A stretch of 64,000 bases of DNA from Candidatus Reddybacter sp. Its GTDB lineage: Bacteria; Pseudomonadota; Gammaproteobacteria; Pseudomonadales; Porticoccaceae. Below the pieces are notes generated by a model, which saw only the letters and a program-made list of their open reading frames with translations, was not told the origin of the DNA and searched no databases. Position 1 is the stretch's first letter. The number at the start of each line of letters is the position of its first letter. Of this stretch, positions 8,364-16,237 are shown piece after piece. The position numbers and the translations under genes are program-made. The stretch lies in assembly GCA_041277045.1 (NCBI GenBank), contig JBGFSY010000002.1, positions 348,041-412,040 of the forward strand. The letters run 5' to 3'.

Positions 8364-9071
8364 ATGCGCTTAGATAAATTTGTTTGTAAAAGTACCCATC
8401 TTAGTCGAGCGAAGGCTGTGGCATGCATTCGCGCCGGTAAGGTGGTGGTCAATACTGTAGCGGTTCTTGTTGAGTCAGTTCAGGTGCACGAAAATAACAC
8501 CGTTACGCTGAACGCGCAGTTGCTTAAACCCCGAGAATTTCGCTATTTAATGATTCACAAGCCCGCCAATACTATTTGTTCAAACGTTGATGAAGCTTAC
8601 CCGTCCCTATTTAGTGCCCTGGATATTGACCGCGCTGATGAGTTGCATGTGGCAGGGCGTTTGGACGCTGATACTACGGGCTTAGTGCTGGCGACTGACG
8701 ACGGCCGCTGGTCGTTCGATATTATTCGCCCTCAAAAACACTGTGAAAAAGTGTATCGCGTGGGTTTGTCGCAGGCAATTGAGGAGGTGCAGATAATAGA
8801 TTTGACTGCACAATTTGCAGCAGGATTACAGTTGCAAGGTGAAGGGGCATTAACTCGACCCGCACAATTAAAAATTCTGAGCCCAAAGGACGTTTTACTC
8901 ACCATTACCGAGGGCAAGTTTCATCAGGTAAAGCGCATGTTTGCAAGTATCGGTAAGCGAGTCGTCAGCTTGCATCGCGAAAAAATAGGCGAGGTGAGCT
9001 TAGACCTTCAGGTGGGAGCATGGCGTTATTTAACAGCGGCAGAAGTGGCCTCTTTTAAAGGCGAGGCTTAA
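8364..9071 (+). CDS. rsuA: RsuA-family rRNA pseudouridine synthase (16S psi516 synthase-like)
   Basis: N-terminal S4 domain (MRLDKFVCKSTHLSRAKAVACIRAGKVVVN), catalytic motif HVAGRLDADTTGLVL, and GKFHQVKRMF. Confidence 0.7.
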   Translation: MRLDKFVCKSTHLSRAKAVACIRAGKVVVNTVAVLVESVQVHENNTVTLNAQLLKPREFRYLMIHKPANTICSNVDEAYPSLFSALDIDRADELHVAGRLDADTTGLVLATDDGRWSFDIIRPQKHCEKVYRVGLSQAIEEVQIIDLTAQFAAGLQLQGEGALTRPAQLKILSPKDVLLTITEGKFHQVKRMFASIGKRVVSLHREKIGEVSLDLQVGAWRYLTAAEVASFKGEA

Positions 9072-9216
9072 TCCAGGGAACTCGATTTGATTTGGCCCTG
9101 ATTTCAGGGGGCTTAGAAGAACACCGACCTAAAGATATTAGGATGACTGTTCAGATAGCTTTGGTGGTGTTCCCCTTTGATTGTTGGCCTTTCTAAGGCT
9201 GGGGCCGTATTCAAAA

Positions 9217-9702
9217 TCAAGTGCACCCTAGCGCCCGGTCGGCCTCTGGCAACTGATATTGATTGAACACGTCTATGCCGTGCTGCTCGAGTAAAGCGAC
9301 GGTGACGCCAACCCCGGTAATTTTCTGCCGCGTAAAGCTGCCGTCGTAAATACGCGAGCTGCCGCAGGAGGGGCTGCTCTCGGTTAAAACCGCCACTTTA
9401 ATGTTGTGTTGCTGGCATAGCGCCAAGGCGAGTTGTGCGCCTTTTTCAAAGGTGGCACTGACCTCATCGCCATTTTCGAGAACTACCTTAGCAGTGCCAG
9501 CCAGTACATCGTAGCCAGTGCCTGCGGTAATTTCTGCGGGTGCGCGAGGTATGCTCATACCGGCATCAACTTCCGGGCAAACGGCGATAATGCGCCCCTC
9601 AGCCATCCAGCGCTCGAGTAGATTATCTGTAACGGCCAGGGTTTTTCCGTCATAGCGAACCTTCTTACCCAGCAGGCAGGCGCTGATCAAGATTTTTTCC
9701 AT
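9217..9702 (-). CDS. DUF523 family protein (TudS-like thiouracil desulfurase family)
   Basis: MEKILISACLLGKKVRYDGK... N-terminus and conserved Cys pattern (CPE..., SPSCG) typical of DUF523. Confidence 0.65.
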   Translation of the reverse strand: MEKILISACLLGKKVRYDGKTLAVTDNLLERWMAEGRIIAVCPEVDAGMSIPRAPAEITAGTGYDVLAGTAKVVLENGDEVSATFEKGAQLALALCQQHNIKVAVLTESSPSCGSSRIYDGSFTRQKITGVGVTVALLEQHGIDVFNQYQLPEADRALGCT

Positions 9703-9745
9703 GGGGCGTCTCGTTCTTCTTTAGTCGATGAGTATCAATGGCCCG

Positions 9746-10387
9746 CTAGGCGGGTGGTGTAAAGGCTTGTCGTTTGGCCTTTACCACCTCGCGGCTGGCA
9801 CAGCCCTCCATGTGATCATTGACCAGCCCCATCGCCTGCATAAAGGCGTAAGCGGTGGTGGGGCCAAAAAATTTCCAGCCGCGCTTTTTCAGATCCTTAC
9901 TCAACTGTTGTGAGGTCTGGGTAATGCTGGGGATGGGGTGATTGTACTCGCCCTTACCAATATGAATTTCACGGGTCTGGGGTTCCCATTGCCAAATATA
10001 GGTGGCGAGGCTGCCAAATTCATCGACCAGCTCAAGGGCGCGCTGGGCATTGTTGATCGTCGCCTCGATTTTGCCGCGATGGCGCACAATACCAGTATCC
10101 TGTAGCAGCTGGGCGACCTTATCCTCATCAAAGAGCGCGACTTGCTTGAAGTCGAAGCCCGCGAAGGCGGTGCGGAAGTTTTCACGCTTGCGCAGGATGG
10201 TCAGCCACGAAAGTCCGGATTGGAAACCCTCCAGGCAAATTTTTTCAAACAGTTGAAAGTCATTGGCGCTGGGTTGGCCCCATTCCTGGTCGTGGTAGCG
10301 CTGGTAGTCTTTGTCATCCTTGCCCCACGAGCAGCGGGTAATGCCATCGTCATAGGTGCGTAAATAGTTATTTTGTGGTTCGGACAT
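9746..10387 (-). CDS. tag: DNA-3-methyladenine glycosylase I
   Basis: RCSWG...YHDQEWGQP...LFEKICLEGFQSGLSWLTILRKRENFRTAF, the canonical Tag signature. GGAGG SD upstream. Confidence 0.85.
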   Translation of the reverse strand: MSEPQNNYLRTYDDGITRCSWGKDDKDYQRYHDQEWGQPSANDFQLFEKICLEGFQSGLSWLTILRKRENFRTAFAGFDFKQVALFDEDKVAQLLQDTGIVRHRGKIEATINNAQRALELVDEFGSLATYIWQWEPQTREIHIGKGEYNHPIPSITQTSQQLSKDLKKRGWKFFGPTTAYAFMQAMGLVNDHMEGCASREVVKAKRQAFTPPA

Positions 10388-10804
10388 GGTTTTGTGCCTC
10401 CTCGGCTGTTAGGCCGGTTAGCGGAGAAAAGCTGGCAGCGTATTGTTTTTGAGCAAGGCTGTCAGGTGTCGCGAGTACGTCTAATTCTATCTTTTTCGGT
10501 ACAGGTGAGGGAAGCAGAAAACTGGGTCGCGATAGCGACTTATTGGAAGATGTGGAAGATGCTGGTTTTGCCTTTTGAGCGTGCCATGAGCTGTGGCTAG
10601 GAATATAAACAGGCCCCACAGCGTCAGTCACGATCTATTATGAGTTGCTGTATTATTTTTCGACGGTGGCAGAATATCGCTGCCAACATGGGGCAAGGGT
10701 CTGTGGTATCCCAATTTTGCAAAAGTATATGGAAGGCTTCCTGGGTTGTACTTGGGCAGTAGTCCCCGCACGAAGGTGATTGGATATTTGCTCACTTGCA
10801 CCTA

Positions 10805-10824
10805 TACTGTGTATCAATACAGTA
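10805..10824 (+). promoter_or_regulatory. LexA (SOS) box upstream of umuDC
   Basis: TACTGTGTATCAATACAGTA matches the gammaproteobacterial consensus TACTG-N10-CAGTA exactly. Confidence 0.8.
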
Positions 10825-10827
10825 TAG

Positions 10828-11283
10828 GTGTTGACGGTGAAGCTGGCTTCTCTTACCCCCGCGTGCGTGCGCACGACAGTATTACTTCCGCTCTATCTCA
10901 GCCGTGTGGCGGCGGGTTTCCCCAGTCCGGCGGATGATTATCTCGATGGTGGCCTGGATCTTAACGAGCATTTAATCGAGCATCCGGCGGCGACCTATTT
11001 TGCCCGTGCCGAGGGTGATTCAATGATTGAGCTGGGTATATTTACTGGCGACCTGTTAGTTATTGATCGCGCTGTGCAGGCGGTGGATGGTGATGTGGTG
11101 GTGGTTGCCGTCGATGGCCAGCTCACCATTAAAGTGTTGGATCTGGCCCACTCCCGTTTATTGCCCGCCAATAAGTTGTACCGGCCCATTGAGATATCGC
11201 CAGAGTCCCAGGTTGATATTGAGGGTGTGGTGCTTCATGCGGTGCATCATTTAAAGGGTGCTGGAAAGGGCGCGAATCTGTGA
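10828..11283 (+). CDS. umuD: translesion polymerase V accessory subunit UmuD (LexA-like self-cleaving S24 peptidase)
   Basis: AAGFPSPADDY...HPAATYFARAEGDSMI...DGDVVVVAVDGQLTIK aligns with E. coli UmuD, including the Ser/Lys dyad context. The true start is probably GTG 10837 (AGGTG SD), because 10828 lies 3 nt after the LexA box. Confidence 0.85.
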   Translation: MLTVKLASLTPACVRTTVLLPLYLSRVAAGFPSPADDYLDGGLDLNEHLIEHPAATYFARAEGDSMIELGIFTGDLLVIDRAVQAVDGDVVVVAVDGQLTIKVLDLAHSRLLPANKLYRPIEISPESQVDIEGVVLHAVHHLKGAGKGANL

Positions 11284-12539
11284 TTGGCCTGTGTGATATG
11301 CGCAGTTTTTACTGTTCCTGCGAAAAGGTATTTCGCCCTGATATTCGTGACCGGGGCGTGGTGGTCACCTCCAATAATGACGGTGTGGTGGTGGCGCTGG
11401 ATGACAGGGCCAAAGCGGCGGGTATTAAAAAGTTTGAGCCCTATTTTAAACAGCGCCAGCGGATTGAGCGCGCCGGTGTGTTGGCCTTCTCCAGTAACTA
11501 TGAGCTTTACGGTGAAGTCAGTGGGCGGATTATGGCAACTCTGGCCAAGCACGCGCCTAGCGATATTGAGGTGTATTCGATTGATGAATGCTTTATCGAT
11601 TTAAGTGCGTTGCCTCGGGCAGAATTAAAAACCTTTGCCGCCATGCTGCGCGACACCATCTGGCAGCAGCAGGGCATAAAAATGGGTGTGTCTATTGCGC
11701 CGACTAAAACCCTTGCCAAGCTGGGGCAGTGTGCGACCAAGCTCTTTCCGCAGATTGAGGGTGTTTGCGTACTTGAGTACCCGGCCCAGTGGCAGTGGTT
11801 AGCGGCGCGGGTGGATGTCAGTGAGGTCTGGGGTATCGGTCGCAAACTGACGAGAAAGCTCAAGGCCAGGGGTATGAGCACCGTGGCAGATTTGTCACAG
11901 ATGACTAAAGCCGATGCCCAGGCCCTGCAGGGCATCACTCTGCTGCGTACGGTGCGCGAGTTACAGGGCGAGCCCTGTATTGATATGGATTGTCAGCCGC
12001 AGCCGAAACAGAACATTATCTCCAGTCGCTCCTTTGGTCAAAAACAGACTTGCCTGCAGCCCTTGCAGGAGGCGGTGAGTCACTATGCGGTGAGAGCAGG
12101 GGTTAAGCTCAGGGCGCAGTCATCGCTGTGCTTTCGCCTCTCGGCCTGGATACAAACCAGCGCCCACGACGCCAACCCCTATGCCGATGAGTTGTCGGTG
12201 AACTTGCCCGGTGGCACGGCCGATAGCCGGGAGCTATCCAGAACGGCCGTCGCGCTGGTGGCCAGGCTTTATCGGCCGGGTTACAAGTACGCCAAGGCTG
12301 GGGTGATGCTGCAAGATATTCGCCCCGAGCAGTTTGCCCAGCAAGATTTACTGGCGCCCCGCTCGGAGAACGCAACTCGTTTAATGCGGGTGGTGGACGG
12401 CGTGAATCAGCGCTTTGGCTCGGGGGCCATCAAACTGGCCCGCCAGGGCGGTGAGAGTGGTTTTGCCATGAAGCGGGCCATGAAGTCGCCCAGTTATTTG
12501 ACGCGCTGGCATGAGATCCCACGCATCAGGCTTGGCTGA
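11280..12539 (+). CDS. umuC: Y-family DNA polymerase V catalytic subunit UmuC
   Basis: MIGLCDMRSFYCSCEKVFRPDIRDRGVVVTSNNDG...FSSNYELYGEVSGRIM...IEVYSIDECFIDL. GTGA overlap with umuD. Confidence 0.9.
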   Translation: MIGLCDMRSFYCSCEKVFRPDIRDRGVVVTSNNDGVVVALDDRAKAAGIKKFEPYFKQRQRIERAGVLAFSSNYELYGEVSGRIMATLAKHAPSDIEVYSIDECFIDLSALPRAELKTFAAMLRDTIWQQQGIKMGVSIAPTKTLAKLGQCATKLFPQIEGVCVLEYPAQWQWLAARVDVSEVWGIGRKLTRKLKARGMSTVADLSQMTKADAQALQGITLLRTVRELQGEPCIDMDCQPQPKQNIISSRSFGQKQTCLQPLQEAVSHYAVRAGVKLRAQSSLCFRLSAWIQTSAHDANPYADELSVNLPGGTADSRELSRTAVALVARLYRPGYKYAKAGVMLQDIRPEQFAQQDLLAPRSENATRLMRVVDGVNQRFGSGAIKLARQGGESGFAMKRAMKSPSYLTRWHEIPRIRLG

Positions 12540-12588
12540 AAATAAGTGTTGGGCTGTAGAGTGCTGGGGCATGTTTCGTAAAATGTAG

Positions 12589-13026
12589 CTCAACGACTAC
12601 TTCCGTGACTATGAGCCCAGTCTTGGACGGTATGTGCAGAGTGATCCGATTGGGCTTGCCAGGGGGGTGAATACGTTTGGGTATGTTGGGGGGAATCTTG
12701 TTGGGTTGGTTGATCCGTTTGGACTTGTTTATGGGTTAGGGGGTAATCGATACGGCCAAGCTGTTATGGTTAAATGGTTAACGGTTCCGTCCGGTGTTCC
12801 AAATCAATCACTTGGTAACGCACTTAGCGATGATTGTCCTAAAATTTGTCAGATAGACGTATTGGCAGGTAGCATTGTGGTGGATATAGCAATAGGTGCA
12901 ATCCCTCAAGCTAAAGCTGCACAAATACTAGGTAAGGCAGTTTTATCAACGGGGTCGACAGCTTCTATAGCGGTTTCGTTGGCAAGTTGTGTTCAAAAAG
13001 GTGAAAACAAGCAGTGTCAGAAATAG
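12589..13026 (+). pseudogene. orphan RHS-family C-terminal fragment (end of RHS core + about 99-aa variable toxin tip)
   Basis: The frame opens just after TAG 12586-12588 and reads LNDYFRDYEPSLGRYVQSDPIGLARGVNTFGYVGGNLVGLVDPFGL, the RHS repeat-associated core end with the DPxGL boundary. An unrecognised small-residue/hydrophobic tip follows. There is no RHS repeat body upstream; umuC ends at 12539. Confidence 0.6.
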
Positions 13027-13072
13027 TTTTGAAAGGCAATATGCCTCTCAATAAAACTGTCCGTTATTTTGA

Positions 13073-13154
13073 GGGGAGCTCAGTCTGACCCCTTGATCGA
13101 TAAAGATATTAAAAATACGATTTTGAAATCAATGGGCTCAGACTCGATTGATTT
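13073..13154. repeat. REP-like palindromic units
   Basis: GGGGAGCTCAGTCTGACCCC (13073-13092) and AAATCAATGGGCTCAGACTCGATTGATTT (13126-13154, 8-bp outer arms). Both are related to the element at 17545-17587. Confidence 0.4.
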
Positions 13155-13358
13155 ATAACAAAGAAGATTTAAACGTTCCTATAATTCGTGAAAAAATATG
13201 CACGCTTTTTTTTACTGGTGAAATATGCGCCTCTATTTTGTTTTTGGCCTACATGGTCGCATCAGAAAATAAAGTGGTTAGAGTCGTTGATTTAATAAAC
13301 TTATGTGGCAATTAACCTGTATAGGACGCCCGCTAAAATTTGTTTCTAACCGCGCCTT

Positions 13359-13540
13359 GTGCCCCACAAAGCCTTAACGTATTACGCGTTAACGGGGGTG
13401 GAAAGAGACGGCGCGATTGTCAAAGCCGATGCCAGCGGTGGTTACAGCATGAAGGAAATAGGCGCTCATTTTGGCCTGCACTATTCGCGTGTGAGTCGAA
13501 TTGTGGGGGAAGGCAAAAGGCAAGACTTGCCCCCCCTAAT
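13359..13540 (+). pseudogene. C-terminal remnant of a transposase-type protein with a DnaA-C-like HTH (Y1/IS200-like family as I recall it)
   Basis: ERDGAIVKADASGGYSMKEIGAHFGLHYSRVSRIVGEGKRQDLPP resembles the C-terminal HTH tail of a widespread gammaproteobacterial transposase family. No catalytic N-terminal part is present. Confidence 0.4.
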
Positions 13541-13629
13541 ACGCTCTATTGTTGTTCTTCGTGCTCAATGCTTCTATGCTTGATCCTATGCCGTTCTAGC
13601 TCGTCCACAATACCAATGAGGATCACGCG

Positions 13630-15003
13630 ATGATACGCTTAAATCGAACCATCATTTACATAACGATAATTAATTGTGTCCTGTTTTTAACGGCTTGTTC
13701 CAAAGAGGTAGATAAAGCCGATGCAGCGTCAGATATTACAAATATTGAGGCCACTGAAATAACCCGGCCAGGCAATAGTGAGCGCGAAGCCAGCCAGGGG
13801 GTCGTTTTACTTCGAGGTCTGCCCACTTTGAACACCCAGCACAGCATCGCCATTGTGGAGCTTGATCCTGACGCTGAGAACTTTGGAGATATTCTCGAAG
13901 AGTTTGAAATCACCGGTTTTGAAGCACCCCTGCACCATCTTTATTACAGTCCCACAGGGCGTCTATATGCCACCGGTCTGGATCCGAAGTGCAGCCTGGC
14001 TGAAGTCAAGTTGGCCAGAGACGTATCCGGAGCGCCAGTGATTAATGGCCTCGATTGCCTCGACACCCAGGGCCAGCAAGTGGGTGAAGATATCATGTGG
14101 CACAGCGTCAACGGCACACAATATATGTTTGTTACGTTTATGGGCGGCACTGGCATCGAGCAGCCCGATGGCGGATCCCTTGGCGTTTTCAATCCCCAGA
14201 ACAACGCTATTATCAAGATTATTGAAGCCAGAAAAAGTCAGGTCGGGGCTGGCGAGCCCTACATAATGTATCCCCATGGTATTTCCGCCTACGCCGATAG
14301 AATGGTGATCAGCTCAACTATCCATGCCGATCTGGTCACAGGGGTGGGCAATGCCATCACGGTGATCGACTTAAACACATTTACGCCGATTCAAACCATT
14401 GAGGTTGAAGATGCCAAGCCAGTTGGTTTTCCCTCCTCTCCAGTTGAGGTGCTATTTCTGCGCCCGGATATTGTCGCCGGTGTTGAACCTGCAGTGCTGG
14501 TAAACACTATGTTTGGCTTCGAGACCTGGAAAATCCCCTACGACCCGACAAGTAAGATTTTTGGCAGCCCCGAGAAACTTTATGATGGCGGCGAGCAGGG
14601 CACTGGTGTGCCTCTTGAGTTCTATGGCAACGACAGCGAACTGTTTATTAGCCACGCTATTCCCGGTGTCGTTAAAAGATACCAGCTCGCGAGTTTGCCA
14701 GCACTCGTGCCAGCAGGCCCGGATATTAAGGCCGAACTGGGGGCCCACCACATGATTTTTTACCCGGCAAAGTCAGGTAAAAAACTGATTGCCGTGCAGA
14801 ACAATCTGTTGAACTTGGGCAATATTGCAGACAATGATCCGACCGACCTGGATTTTATTGCCAAAGTGAATGACCACTCCATTACCGTCCACGACCTGGA
14901 AACGGGTGCCAGGTTAGCCAGTATCAATTTTAAGGAGAAGTACAATAAAGGCATAGATAATATTGAAGCCTTATTTGGCTCGGGTTTTGTGCATCATCAT
15001 TGA
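13630..15003 (+). CDS. exported lipoprotein, remote SBP56 (selenium-binding protein / methanethiol oxidase MtoX)-like beta-propeller
   Basis: Lipobox LFLTAC and a good SD (GAGGA). By-eye collinear similarity to SBP56: IAIVELDPDAENF..APLHHLYY vs VDVDPKSP...ELHHSGW; DRMVISSTI vs HNVMISSEW; PVEVLFLRPD vs PLEIRFLHNP. Ends in VHHH. The CDS call is solid; the family call is tentative. Confidence 0.5.
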   Translation: MIRLNRTIIYITIINCVLFLTACSKEVDKADAASDITNIEATEITRPGNSEREASQGVVLLRGLPTLNTQHSIAIVELDPDAENFGDILEEFEITGFEAPLHHLYYSPTGRLYATGLDPKCSLAEVKLARDVSGAPVINGLDCLDTQGQQVGEDIMWHSVNGTQYMFVTFMGGTGIEQPDGGSLGVFNPQNNAIIKIIEARKSQVGAGEPYIMYPHGISAYADRMVISSTIHADLVTGVGNAITVIDLNTFTPIQTIEVEDAKPVGFPSSPVEVLFLRPDIVAGVEPAVLVNTMFGFETWKIPYDPTSKIFGSPEKLYDGGEQGTGVPLEFYGNDSELFISHAIPGVVKRYQLASLPALVPAGPDIKAELGAHHMIFYPAKSGKKLIAVQNNLLNLGNIADNDPTDLDFIAKVNDHSITVHDLETGARLASINFKEKYNKGIDNIEALFGSGFVHHH

Positions 15004-15046
15004 GCCTTTGCCAGGGGTTTAATTCCTCCTAACACAATACAGCTTT

Positions 15047-16237
15047 GTGAAAATTGCTCTTTTAAGTATGGTGACAGCCTTGGCTATCACCGTGGTCGTG
15101 GTACTTCTTAGGTTTGCCGATAGCGAGCCAGCTCAAACTCAGCTTCCGCAAATACAGCCCCTGGCGGGATTTTCAGCCCCCTTTGTATTTGGCCGTTTTG
15201 AGGTGCCCGAGGATAACCCTCTGACACAGGCGGGCGTCACGCTGGGGCGTCGACTGTTCTACGACGTTCGCTTATCGGGTAATAATAAAATTTCCTGCGC
15301 TACCTGCCATCTTCAGCGTCTTGGTTTTAGTGATGGCAAAAGCACGGCACAAGGCATCTCCGGTAAAGCGCTGGCTTTTAATAGCATGAGTCTCGCCAAC
15401 CTGTTGTGGGGGGCTGAGCATTTCTTCTGGAACGGTCGGGTAGATTCCCTCGAGCAACAGGCTTTGCTACCTATACAGAATGCCGACGAGATGGCTCAAA
15501 ACCTGGATGATCTTGTCCTGGAGCTAAAAGCCGATGCCGAATACCGTCGCCTGTTCAAAAATGCCTACGGTGCTATCAGCTCAGCCAATATTGCCAAAGC
15601 GCTTGCGTCCTTTGAGAGAACGCTGGTGTCAGCTAATTCTAAATATGATCAATATCTGCGCGGTGAGGTGGCGCTCAGCGAACAGGAAGAGCTGGGTAGA
15701 AAGCTCTTTGTCGCTCATCCAGACGTAAAAACGAGTTTGCGTGGTGGCAATTGTATCGATTGCCACAGTCAATTTCTCACCAGTGGCTTTAAGCCCCGGT
15801 ATGACGGTTTTTCGAACAATGGCCTTGATGGAGAAAGCGAGCTGTCACCAGGCTTACAGGCGGTCACGAAAGACCCCGCTCATCGCGGTTTTTTTAAAGT
15901 ACCGAGCTTGCGCAATATCGTAGTGACCGCGCCCTATATGCACGATGGCAGGTTTGCGAGCCTTGAAGCAGTGCTCGATCATTACAACGAGGGCATACAG
16001 ATAAGCAGTACGTTGAGTCCGCTGATCATGGAGGCGGATAATATAGAGCAGGGTATTGACGCGCAGGTTGGCCTCAACCTTACAGCAAAGGAAAAAGCGG
16101 CGATTATTGCTTTTATGCATACTCTGACCGACCATCAGTTTTTGAGTGACGAGAAGCTTTCAAATCCCTTTTTATCTAAGGCCTTTACTTCCAGCACAAA
16201 AGCATTTAACCCCATAGAGGCCCGGCCCAGTGAATAG
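15047..16237 (+). CDS. di-heme cytochrome c peroxidase family enzyme (MauG/MbnH-like)
   Basis: Two heme c motifs, CATCH and CIDCH. CCP_MauG signatures GFSDG, FWNGR..LEQQALLPI, PSLRNIVVTAPYMHDG. N-terminal signal/anchor. Confidence 0.8.
   Translation: MKIALLSMVTALAITVVVVLLRFADSEPAQTQLPQIQPLAGFSAPFVFGRFEVPEDNPLTQAGVTLGRRLFYDVRLSGNNKISCATCHLQRLGFSDGKSTAQGISGKALAFNSMSLANLLWGAEHFFWNGRVDSLEQQALLPIQNADEMAQNLDDLVLELKADAEYRRLFKNAYGAISSANIAKALASFERTLVSANSKYDQYLRGEVALSEQEELGRKLFVAHPDVKTSLRGGNCIDCHSQFLTSGFKPRYDGFSNNGLDGESELSPGLQAVTKDPAHRGFFKVPSLRNIVVTAPYMHDGRFASLEAVLDHYNEGIQISSTLSPLIMEADNIEQGIDAQVGLNLTAKEKAAIIAFMHTLTDHQFLSDEKLSNPFLSKAFTSSTKAFNPIEARPSE

Noticed and set aside
10388-10804. Listed ORFs 10368..10631(-), 10373..10600(+), 10653..10874(-) and 10746..10937(+) in the 440-bp tag-umuD gap
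   Set aside because: They overlap each other, the tag start or the LexA box. None has an SD context or a recognisable motif. I found no gene remnant by eye.
13188-13295. 35-codon ORF (GTG; MKKYARFFLLVKYAPLFCFWPTWSHQKIKWLESLI) downstream of the RHS tip, considered as a candidate immunity gene
   Set aside because: It is too short and has a non-ATG start with no SD. It lies 160 nt from the toxin stop, with REP-like elements in between. It may be worth testing experimentally, but the sequence alone does not support it.
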